Of a DNA stretch of 64,000 nt, positions 34,449-47,200 are shown in pieces; position 1 is the first letter of the stretch; each line of letters begins with the position of its first letter. The notes beneath the pieces were generated by a model. It searched no databases. It was not told the DNA's origin and saw only the letters and a program-made list of their open reading frames with translations. Source of the stretch: Phoronis australis (lineage: Eukaryota > Animalia > Phoronida); contig NMRA01000134.1 of the NCBI GenBank assembly GCA_002633005.1, positions 528,615 to 592,614 on the forward strand, in the 5' to 3' direction. The position numbers and the translations under genes are program-made.

Positions 34449-37400
34449 CTGGGCGCCTATCGTCTGTCACCTTTTGTGGTCGTGCGTTCCTTTTTTAAAA
34501 AAAATTATGTTATTTGATTCCGCACTTGTCAACATTTTGTTACTCATTGGTTGTTGAGGTCATGTTTAGCGAATAGTCATGATTCAAGTTGTGGCTCTTA
34601 TGACTGGCTAATGTACTCGATAGAGTAACATCCCTTTTGTATATTGTTTCGAGTGGACTCCATGCTCACAGGTGGGCAAGATTTATAACCTCAGCAAACT
34701 TCTATCTATGTGGAGTTCATTAGAATATCGTGTTGTTTTAAGTTAACATCTCGTGTGTGGCATGCCATTTGGTGTCTGGATATTTTCTAGAAGTATGGTA
34801 GTCACTATTTCCAGAGTGCACACTGCGGTTGAACTGGTCGCCAACTCCCCTCCTGGGTAGACTGTGATTCAAGAAATATTCTGTTGGCTGTGCCCGGTCA
34901 TCTGGTGACATTTTAAGCCTATGGTATTAAAATGGCTTTTTGTCTGGTGTCATTCTGTGAACAGTTTGAACACACTGTGTAAATACTTTGGTCATTACAT
35001 ATTAAGTAGATGCTCTATTTTATTGTGTTGGACATTTAGTGGCTTATGAAGGACTAGATCATTGTCAGGGTCATCTGATTGATGTTTTGTAAACTGAATT
35101 TAACTTAAACTTTGAAATGCCATTGTTTGTATATAATGTAAAGAAATTAATGTTGACATGCTGATGAAAGAAATGTATTTTGTTATGAAATACAAGATTT
35201 TTTATGAACCAGTTGTCAAATGCCTCGTACAATGTCACCGCTCAATAGAACAGACAGGCACTCACCAGTGATGGGGGGACATCCACATTTACACCCAGAT
35301 AGTTGAACAATTAAATACCTCCATAATTGATGCACCAGTAACGTAAGCTCTCAAGAAGTAACATTGCAATACAAGCACCAAGTCGCAGTGACGTACACTG
35401 GGTATCCCAAACCGCAATAACTGAACTCTGGTTCTTGAAAAAAGAAAATGATTGTTTTAATGAAAAAAAAACATGCTGTCGATGGGAATATCCATGTGGA
35501 CTGAGGACGCTGGATGGTCACAGAAATGAGAGCAATGTAGTTGAAATGCACCGATAATTGCACCACTTATGGGATGCTTTTAGGTGGGCTTCTTAATATC
35601 TTAAAATTGCCACTAGGTGCTGCAGAATACATCTAATCAGCCTAGAGCTGAGAAGGCATCATCCTGCTACTAAAAACCTGTTGACTAATTTCATAGAAGT
35701 ACATTCATAAATTTCAAAGATATACATCCCAACTTCCACAGCAGTGGTTGTAAAGGAGTCGCCAGTTGCCACCTTTACAGGACTACACTAGCCAAATTTC
35801 ACAAAAGTCTGACGAATAGTCGTAAATGCAACAAAACTGACACTAAAGGTCACCATAGTAGTCGCACCTGTCAGGTGTGCTACTATCAGTAGGAAAACAT
35901 CCTAATTTAACACTTTGACCAATAGGTGGTGCTGAATAAATCAAATCCATCTGAAAATGAGGCAGCCTACCAAATCTGACGTAAATGATGACTAACCTTG
36001 AGGGTCTATGAAGGAGACTGAAGCAAAGGCGGGCTCGTCTCAATAGATTTCATGAAAATCCGTCAACGGACTCCAAAGATAAACCAAAAATACTAAACTT
36101 ACCTCTTGGGGAAACAGCGATGGTCAGATTCGTCCTAAGTTGTTTCCATCCATCAACAGTTCCAAAGGAACATATCTGTCAACTTACACCAAGATCTCCA
36201 ATAAAAATGTGCCATGTAATCATGTTATTTATGAAGACATGCGTCATCTGATCACATGTTCTTATCTAAAGAAGATAATATGATGTAAACAGGAATTGCA
36301 ATAGGAAAAGACTATGTGTAGCGACTTAGCCCAAGGCTGTTGTCAAAACAAAATTATCACCAAAACCTGTTTATTTCCCTTTACATCTATACGTACAATA
36401 ATGTGCATTTCTCTAACTCATCTAAACATAAACATCAACATAGAATTAGCACTATGTGCTTGGGCAGGGGTATTTTACAAGCAAAATTTGTTTCCTGAGA
36501 AGCATTCATTGAAGCGAGCTCTAGCAAGACCAGGCCGGCGAATTCTCATAAGCTACATAAAGGCTAGTCTAATTACTTGCCCCAGCAGAGTCATGGTCTT
36601 GCAAGAACTTACTGCAGTGAATGCCATCATAGCTAGGACACAGCTCACAGCTGTGCACAACCAACTAATCAGAGTGAAAACGGGGCTAAACGCATTCACA
36701 AGGATAGAAACACTGTCATTGTGAACAATGGCTTGGAGGCAAAGCCCTGCTATCTCTATTTGTACGTGGTACAAATATGCTGCCAAAGAAAAGGTACACT
36801 TAGACAAGACAAAAAGAGTAGACGTATAGGGAGTACTCACTTAAAAGAAAAGGAGGGCAATAACTACCTAACTGTTACTCAGGACTCGACCAAAAGATCA
36901 AGCCAACATATTGCATGAAATCAAAAATTTTACAGTACGCAGATCCATTTTTAAGTGGAATCCAGTCAAGTCTGTGGCCACAAATCCTAGCCTATGGCTG
37001 GGCTACAAGGTGTGAAAAGCCAATTCAAAATCAGCAGAACACTGACTCAGTAACACGGAAAGTGAAGCTCACACCTGGCAGATACGACCAAACTAAGAAA
37101 TTTTATCTGATAAATACAAAATCCATTTTATATGAGGGGGTAGGGCATGAGTTGGAACAACTATACAGCAGAATGCTTTCACTTAAAAGATTTATTGTAA
37201 GTGTTGATCACTTCACTGGCTCATTGCTCCTATTTCAGGTTCAAAAAGACTAAGTGAGAGATTCCATTTCCAAATCTGATTCTTGTTTGACACTAAGTAC
37301 TCAGCTCGACAACAAGCTCACAAGCATTCAGTGCTGCACTTAAGCAAGGATCAACTTGAAACGCAGTTCAAATAGCGGCCAATGAGTGCATTTCTTTTAA

Positions 37401-40400
37401 ATAAAGTTTTTAAGTCCAGAGTAGTGGACCAAGGTGAAAAGCTCCTACAGCAATAAAAGTACTAGATTTTGAGGAATTTGACAAAAAAGTGAAACTTAAA
37501 AAAGAATTGCAAAAAGTTTGAACAACAACCATTTTTCAACCACAGCTGGCCTATCTGCCCATTTCTGACTTACAATAGTTCAACAGGTAATTATCCTTAA
37601 TGTCAAAACGTCCCTCAAATTCGTCGTCTGAGAAAATGTGCGACGGGCTTCACTGATATTAACTAGGCCCAACTGTTGTTATCCTTGCAGAGTGACACCC
37701 ACAAAGTATACTAACAGACAACAAACTTACCAAGTAATCTCTACCCAGTCACTAATATACACTTATCATAAACACAGATGGCCACCACATACCCTACAAT
37801 GCTGCGGATAATGTACTTGCAATTAATAATTTCCTGAAGACGAGCTTATATTACTCTTCTAAGACACAAAAATATACACATTCCCTTAGAAAATAAAAAA
37901 CTATTTAAGCTAAGAATTCAACTAATTATACAAATTGACGTACAAAATTTGCGGGCTCTTGAATAAGCAGCAAGCATGCACAGAAAATATGGCACTGATA
38001 AAGCATAGCACTACAAGTCAGCGCTGGAGACATTATTACACAGGAGTTAATACAACATCAGTACATAGTTGTAGAGACAGTCAACTTGTGACCTTTGACG
38101 AGAGGCTGATACAGTGAATCTTGTCAATGAGTAAGACGATGTAGAATCAGACAGATAGGAAGACATCTCGTCACACGAGCAAATTCATTCTTAATACAGG
38201 ACGACACCAACGTTTGCAAAAGCAGGGTTCCTGGTGTGACTGCATAATATAAGCAGAAGTTGCCAGTGCAACTAGTGGAACACGAACCTGAATGGCACGC
38301 AGCTTGACTTCTGAGGTGCCTCTCCTAACTTCACATATGCTAAGAAATTCAAATCAAATCCAATCAGCTTGGCACTTAGTGTCTGAATTCATCTCATAGA
38401 TAACAAGACAACTGTTCAGACATAATGACCAACATTATTAAAAAACGCTTTAAGGTTTCAGGAAAAAGACTCTTAAAAGGTAGGAGCACTGTCTCCAAAA
38501 TTTCACAACATCTATTATGGCACAGTTGAAGCAATTGGTCAGTCTTCATTCACAATAACATCTTTACGAACTTTGCAGGCCTTATCTATGAAAGCGAACC
38601 TTAGCACAACATTTAAATTGCTTCACCAACAAGGCCTTATGAAAGTAGACACAGAGACTGCATAGACACAATAACAAATCTGTCCTGAGTTATGGAGAGT
38701 GACTGAGTTAGCAACACCAGTCTCAAGGCTAACTGGTGTATGAACACACTCCATCAGAGTAAAATATAGACTGAAGTATGACTTGCATTCTTACAACCAG
38801 GAACACATCAGGAATCTAATGCGATTCCAACACAAAAAGCTTTCAGCACTGGAGTGTCGATGCCAAAATGACGTCACTACCCATTTCTAATTCACTGATT
38901 GGGGCACAAGGCTTATTTGTTCACGTCGTGCATAAGTCACCTCCAAAGATTTGTTTATTGTTCACGAATATAAAAAGGGCTCTTTTAAGTGGTAAAGTAT
39001 ACCTTTAGCTCAAACATTGCCATAATGCAGCCTCATATATTCAATAATCATGCACTACAATTACATCAAATTGAGAAATGCTTGGTTTGGCAATTTTGGT
39101 AGGCATGCGCTAACATCTCAGATAGCACCAGGTGCAAAAATTACATAATCCTCCCATGAACTTTTCAATATTGTCCAATCGCAATAACTCTTTACAGTTT
39201 CTGCAGCAGCAAACTTCTAGAGCCCCAAAACAAACTTCTGAACACTTGCCCGACTTCACTTTACAAAGGCTCTACAATTCACGTTACAATGTCCAAGATT
39301 TGGCTTGCGCGGTTCGAGATCAATTGTGAACACTGCATGTGAAACACTGCCATTCTAGCACTGATACTGGTTACGAGATAAAGACACGTCTATACACTAA
39401 CAGCCAAAATAAACTAGGAGCAGAAAGAAATGAAAATAAGCGCGCACAAATGTACACAACAGCAAGTAATAATGCCATGCTAGCACATGTATATCCACTG
39501 TCAAAACTAACAACATTCTTCTTAAAATATAGTTCTCTTTAAAACGACAGCTCTAACTTGTACTATTCAATATCTCAAAAAATTTGCAGAGGAATCGGAT
39601 GATCTCATAAACGGAAAGCTAGGAGTTTTACCCAAAAGGAAAATTAAGTCAACGGAAACAGTTTTAAGCCACGTGATCCACATCTGGGATCCAAATAATC
39701 ACAAAGACAAGATTACAGATATTTCTGTTCTGCCATTTCCCTTGATTTTTACTCGATTCACTACCAACTTAAAAATCTGTAAAAGCTAAAAACGAAGCTA
39801 AAAATCTAGACATTAAATCAATGATCAAAGTTAATATCAACATTTTACTTTACCCAAAGTAACATCTCCTGAGAATGATCGAGGAAGAAATGTAAAACAG
39901 GAAAACAATATATGAGAAAAACTATGTGTACATTCAGTATTGGTAGCCACTTCCAAGAAACGTTTGTCAGAAATCTTGGCTTACACAATTGAAAGATAGA
40001 ATACCCTGGAAAATGGCTGGTTTTCTCAGGTAAGCAGTCCAGTCATTTTAAGAATCGGCCAATTTGCAATCACGAAGGTCACTCAAGAAGCACTAGTGAG
40101 GTGAATTACAGTAGTGTGTTTACTGCTACACTAGTGAGATATTGCACTAGTTAGAGCTGTCACACTAGAGTGATGCTACACTAGTGAAATCTGTGTAACA
40201 ATAGTGAGATCTTTGTCACACTAGTGAGATTTCAATTTCTTTTATTGAAGTTTAACACTCTTTAATTTACTGGACAGATGTTTTCTCTGCTCAGTGACCC
40301 TTTAGCAGAGCCATTATCTTGTGCTTCCTCAGTTGACACACCGTTTCCCTTGACAATGCTTTTGGGAATCAAGTGAACATCCAATACAAACACTACACAA

Positions 40401-40619
40401 TCAAATTGACAATTACAGCTCTAAACATACTTCAAAACCTTTGAAAGATTCTTAACTTGGTTCTGTTTATGAGATACCACGACACTGCTGCAAATAATTC
40501 ACAATCACAAAATATTTGCTAAAAATTCTGTGTAAAACAAGGCATCACCAAAAAAGATTGAGTGAAACACCATCTCCTATATGTCTCCTACCATCCAAAA
40601 ACATCAGCAGACAGCTTAT

Positions 40620-40620
<1 letters not shown>

Positions 40621-40663
<43 letters not shown>

Positions 40664-40697
40664 TCTCTCTCTCTCCCTCTCTCTCTCGCCTCTCTCT
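40621..40697. repeat. (CT)n microsatellite in the presumed E78 3' UTR
   Basis: Imperfect CT dinucleotide run. Confidence 0.95.
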
Positions 40698-41279
40698 TGG
40701 CTTTAGAGAGGTCAAATGTTCATAATGCTTACAAATTCAACCTTGGCAATCCTACATCCAACAATCCTTCCCATTTACTCTCTTGTTAAACCCAAAGAAG
40801 TTTTAGTTCAGGCATCTTTGTTCTCAACTCTCCAGAGGTGAGGTCAAATGTCACTCCAATACATCTTCAACATAGCTTCTCTACATCTCCTCTTCTTAAC
40901 TTCTTTCCACAAAGAGTCAAATTCAACCAATTCAACTCCTTTTCTCTCTAAATTTCCTTTAACTTTCCACAACAGGTTGCGCATTGTTCAAGCAAGACCA
41001 CATTCCATCACTTTCGAGCAAGGAAGAGTGTGACAAGAGATAGAGTCACAGGAGAGACAACTTGCAAGGGATAGAGTCACAGGGGAGACAACTTGCAAGG
41101 CACCATCATGCCTGCAGGACTAGTTTGCCAGTCAAAAACAAATCAAAGTGCAGGTCAAACGTGACTCATACACATGTTCGCAAGGGAGACAATTTCACAT
41201 AAGATGGATACAATCGCATGTATGAGTGGCACAATCCCACAGGCAAGAGCTCTACAAACCCAGAGGCGAAGGAGACGAT

Positions 41280-44200
41280 TCACGCCTGCAGGATAACGAG
41301 CTCATCAGCCTTGGGTATGTCAAAGATCTCCGACAGTAGAGGAGGCAACATCATTCGCACCCACTGCGCACGGAAGAACTGTAACTGCTCAGCGTGCTGC
41401 ATGCCGACAGTGCGAAGCTCTGGTAGCTTGATGAGGATGTTGGCAAACAGATTGGGCTCGCCGGCATGGTTACGCGTCACCTGAAGCTTGAGCGCTTCAA
41501 TAAGCTTATCCTGGATCACCTCAACAGCCTTGACATCAACCAGACCAGCGCGATCTATTGAGAGATACACACAAAACAATCAGAATGTTCATTACAACTC
41601 AATATTGTTTGAAATGCTGATGCAAGTTTTCTTTGTTTAAAGTTAAAAGTGGATTGGAACCCCTCCTTTGATTTAGACCACTCACCATATTCAAATGGTC
41701 TCAAAATGTTCCTTACTCTCACCTTGTCACAGTGTGTCATTTATCTACCAAGCGTGGTCTCAACTTGTCACAGTGTGTCACTTATCTACCAAGCATGACT
41801 TGTCACATTTATCTATCGAGCATACTCTTAACTTGTCACAGTGTGTCATTTATATACCGAGCATGATCTCAAGGGATAACCAACTGTCAATTTTGAAACA
41901 GTAAGTGCAGGTCTAAATAAAGTTTCCTTCATAGATGGAATGCAGATTTGTAGTCCCTTTAAAGGAAAAGTCCAGGATTCAAATGCTACATGATAAATCA
42001 TGTTTGGTAACAAGGTAGCATTCTGCAAAAATTCAAACAGTCAAACATTAAGCAGATGATTTCGCAGTAATTCATAAGCAACTGTTGAAATTCTCTTTTT
42101 TATCGTCTAGTATCGCAACTTGTTGGAATCCATTCAGTGATAAGTATCATTATTGAAACACCTAAGTCACAGACCCAGAGATCAAAACGCTGGACAATGC
42201 TTTCCACACACACTCACCGACTGTGCACTCTGTACTATGTACATATTCCCTCACAAAGTGATCACATGGTTTCCTTGTCGAACAAGCATGCAATCACCAA
42301 GAGCTTTAGGATAACGCTACCAGAAGTCAGTGACATTATAATAAACACAATGATCGGGCAAAATGGGGTGAAATTCGACATCTAACTCACAACCAAACTT
42401 GAGCCTCAATAGCGTTATCGAAAACTTTTGTTTGATTTCCGAGTCCAATTCAACCATGCTCATTGAAGCCATTTATAGCTGGATCCCCAATATATCAACA
42501 AAGAAGTAGCCTAGGAGTCTTTTGGAATTACTCCACAATTTTTCATAGTTAACTGGTGACAAAAAATGGGACAAAGTAAAGGTGAGTGATGAAATAATTG
42601 TAATACCAACTTCTGGCATCGCGGTTCAGTCATTTCAACTATTTGATTTTTCTACAAAATGGCATCCCGTAATCTAGTGAGTCATTTTAGGCCCTTGTAA
42701 CTACGAAAACCATAAGAAATACCGACATCTCCTTGCAAGGAAAAAACATCATTGTGAAAGGAGGGTTAGGCCACAAAGAATATCTGGTTCATGTCAGCAC
42801 TCTGCATCATTTAGAAATCTGTGTCTCACTGCTTAACGAAAAGCACCCGTCTGCACATCCGTGAGCCCCAATTTTTTATTTACTTTCAAAAGCCATACAA
42901 ATGCATGTAAGCGATGTGTCTTGTCAAGTCCGCCACAATCACATTATCAGCCTTCTTTAACTTAGAATAGGTTAGAATCACGAAGTCACATGCAACCCCT
43001 TGAAATAACCACAAACATGTAAATAGGTATTCAAAGAAAAAAGTGTCAAAGCCACATAAAAGGTCATTGATTTACTAAGACTGTTATTTCTATGACAGTA
43101 TCTTTACATAAAATAAATGTGACATACATCACACAACATTCACATAACCCCGTATTGGAACCACTGACAGACCGACTCACCAGATGTGGCCAGGACAATG
43201 CCCGTGAACAGTCCCACCTCTGTGTCATTTAACTGCAGGTTGCTGAAGCTGAGTGCAAAATCGTACATGGCTTGGACAAAGGCGGGCTGAAAGGAAAGAA
43301 GATTGATACAGCAATGCCATGGACAATAACAACATGGATACGGTGATGCCATGGATACTTTGATACCATAGATACAGTGACGTTATGGATACAGTGATGC
43401 CATGGATACAGTGATGCCATGGATACAGTGATGCCATGGATACAGTGACGCCATGGATACAGTGACGCCATGGATACAGTGATGCCATGGATACAGTGAT
43501 GCCATGGATACAGTGATGCCATGGATACAGTGATGCCATGGATACAGTGACGCCATGGATAGTGATGCCATGGATACAGAAACGCCATGGATACAGTGAT
43601 GCCATGGATACAGTGATGCCATGGATACAGAGACGCCATGGATACAGTGATGCCATCACACCCTCAACCAAGACAGATACTCAATCTTGCACAGGTCTAC
43701 ATCTTGTCATGTGACCCTAACACGTCACGTGACAGGCATCACATCCACACTGAATAAAGATGATCCCTTCGAAAACTCAGGGATAGGAGCCAATAATTTG
43801 CTGTGAATAATAGATGTAAATTCGTGTTCAAGTAATTACCCACAATGCAATTCATTATAATCTTCTATTTCTTGTGCGTGGATTGTGCGAATCTTTCTTA
43901 AGTGAATCCAAAGTTGTGTGTACTTACTGAATACACTATCTCCAGTTCTTTACGTGGTATAATCTTTCCATCTCCAAACATGAGGCAGCTGTCAGCGGCA
44001 TTGAACAGTCGAGCCAGTCGTGTTAACCAGATCTCAAAGAAGCCCGATTTGATCAAGATCAACTGGTCATCCTGGCCAAGCTCAGGGAATCCTGGAAAGG
44101 TGTGAGCAGACCATGCCATATACTAAACACTCAATATTGAAATTATCACAGTTGACAAACCCGAGCAAAGCTCCAAAAGAATGAAAGGGAAAAGACATGA

Positions 44201-47200
44201 AATGTTGTCTAAGAGTGACGCGGCCTGGTTGGCAGAGCCGTGGTTCTCTCACAAGAATGATTCCAGGAAGAAATTGCAATTCTGGATGTTTGCCCTAACG
44301 AGTCAGGCAAGTACATTAGCAGTATTATCTCATGCAAGTATCTGATCTCACGTCATTTTTCATTTGTTGGTACTGTCTAAGGTATCTATTGGTTCAACTT
44401 TTAAATGTGCGAGAGCACTATTAAAAGACAAAGCTCCAATAACCATAGTTATTCAGTGTTTACTGTGTTTGTAAATCTTTTCTTCACATATCACCTTTAG
44501 TTGTTAACTCATGACTGCCCTGTATTTACAGAGATCCAAAAGGGCAGAAAGGTTTAAATAGAGCCAAATGTACCAGGAGTCCAGCAACGCACAATGATAG
44601 GGGACAAGACAAAAGACTGACAATAATTAGCTCTCCTTTCACAGCGGAAACAGCAAATTCTGTTGATGTTTAGTTTACATCTATGCCAGCAGCAACAAAA
44701 CTGTGACATTTCCAAGTTATACAGGTACACTCATAATATTAGCCTGTCATTAGCCAGAGACACATTGCATAAGCCCACCAAGACTACAGTACTAACCTGG
44801 TACTCTCTTGGCAAACTCCACCACTCTCTGTATAGTCGGTGTGACAAGAGCAGCCATGTTCTGCCACATGGTACACCGTTGCTCTTCTAAGCTGTCCAAC
44901 GTGTTAGCGATGGCCTTCTGACTATCACACTGCAATGCACACAAGAGACTTACATGACACACTGCTGCATGGGGAAACTGTTACTGTAAGGTAACACATA
45001 ACTGAACAGTAGTGTATGGACCAGCTACTTGCTGCGCTTTACAACTCTGCATACTGTTACAGTATGCTGTTCTGTATTGTACTGTAGGCTTACTGTATTG
45101 TGCTGCACCATACAGTACTGTGCTGCTGAGTACTAAACTGTAATGTGCTGTTGGATATTGTGGACCTACAATACTGTACTATGCTGCACCCGACAATACT
45201 GTTAATTGTAATGCAGTTTTGTACTGTGGGCCTAATATATTGCACCGCACCATACACATCTGAAATGTCTACTGTAATAAACTGTAACGTACTGTATTGT
45301 ACTGTACGTTTACTCTACTATGATATGTTGTACTGCAAAGTACTGCGTTACGCTGTATTGCTCTGTGCAGTATCCCCACTATGTTTCATAAGCTGACTAT
45401 CCAGTGAGAATAGGCCACAGGGTTGGTAAACAGTCAGCCTACAGACCTACGTACCAGTTTTCCAATCACAAAATTGCTTTCTGTACAAAGAAAGTAATAC
45501 GTACCATGAGTACAGAAATTTTGTGAACATACCTGAACAGCTCAATTGAGTACCTAATGATAATAACATCAGTCTTTACAAAGCAAAACCAGCAACCAAC
45601 ACCAAGACTGATTCTCAAGCTCAGGACTTGATTCAATGGTTTGAAAACATTAAGTCTTCACATAAATAGCACACAGAAAGGTGAATTTTTACTGCTAAAT
45701 TTGTCTACGAAAACAAGAAAATTTTAAGTCTTTTGTTAGATTAAAGTGTACAATGAAGACATCATAAAAAACATTTGGTTAACTTGAATTAATGCAGTGT
45801 GGTAATCAGAGTTTGAGCCACAGACAAAAAGTGAAAATTTGGCAATAAATTTAGTGCAAAATAAGTGCTGTACTCCCACTTCAAGGTAGGTAATGCAAGT
45901 TTCTCCTATCAGAAAGCAGATAGTAAGGTTTGGAACACCAGTCAACATCCTAGAATTCTGCTGATAGCAGGAAGACATTACCAGAAAAGGACAACTATTT
46001 TTAATGTGCTTCAAATGTGATTTAAAAACAAAATGTTCAAGTTGTCCCCAATCCAAGCATTATACTTCAAAGTTCGAGGTTGAAATTTACAAAGTGGCAC
46101 CAATTCAGTTCCTGAAGGCCACACATTACTGGCACCGCTGTTTTAAATATGACACGTTTTACACCTACAAAAGACAGCTTTTCCCAGGCAAAAGCTTTGT
46201 TAACTGTGACCTCATAGTTTTCTCATTGGTCGCTTCTTCATTATCCAGACTTGTCAATCATATGGCACGTGCACTACCGAAAACTAACATTTTATCACTA
46301 AATAACATTAGGCTTCAGACCCACCAGATACTTAAAGGCATATTACTATATTACCTTTAGGTCAAACAAACTGACAGGAAAATTGAAAACTGCTAACTTT
46401 TACGTAGGCGAGTGAAACTAGATTTGACTACAGCACCATCTATACATCAACAGTAAACTATGACCTGCACATGGGAAATACCAAAAGCATAAATGCCTCG
46501 TTACAAAGAAACTGATTACATTCTAGAGACGAACATCTACTCTTTCTAATGGCATGAAATATTTCCTTCTGCAATTAGCAAACAAATCTTTATTCAGTCA
46601 CTTGACCCTTCCTGGTCACCAGTTTTACTCCATATTTTAAGAATTTTCCTAATCTTAAAACAAGTTATTGAGTCCAACTAGAGTTCGTATAGAGACATGC
46701 CACTAGAGGGCACAATGAGCAAAACATGACAGTTCTGAATTCATTTGTAAACACTTATTTTTAAACTTTCCCTGGATCATATTTGCCCTTTGCGCAATGA
46801 AGAAAACCTCTTTATACTCTGACTTTTAAAGTCCGTCTTGAATGAAAGCTTCGTGCGAAGAGATAACTACATTTGGCTCAATTTGTTAAGGAAAAAAGTT
46901 TGGAACTGAAATAAGCAACACGAAAATAGTAGTAACACTGATGGAGTGACTTGATGAAAGAGTTAATAGAACTGATCCATCGACTGACCAGTTGAAACTT
47001 AAAACATTAAAATTAAAATGATGTTAAAATGTAATTTACTTACAGTCACACTGCATGAGACCTATTTAGTCTTGCACAAAGGGGCTAGTCACAAGAAGCA
47101 AAGATGACGTATAAAATTTTTCCAGCATTTGAGTAGCATCAAATACTCCTCTTAAATTAATCTTTCACAATATAATGGTGGAAATGTAATAAACATTACC

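Noticed and set aside
35161-35180. CTGATGA..GAAA as a second hammerhead
   Set aside because: No helix II between the core boxes and no flanking helices.
43225-43671. His/Trp/Cys-rich repetitive ORFs ([17 protein letters not shown])n
   Set aside because: Translations of the intronic 17-bp minisatellite.
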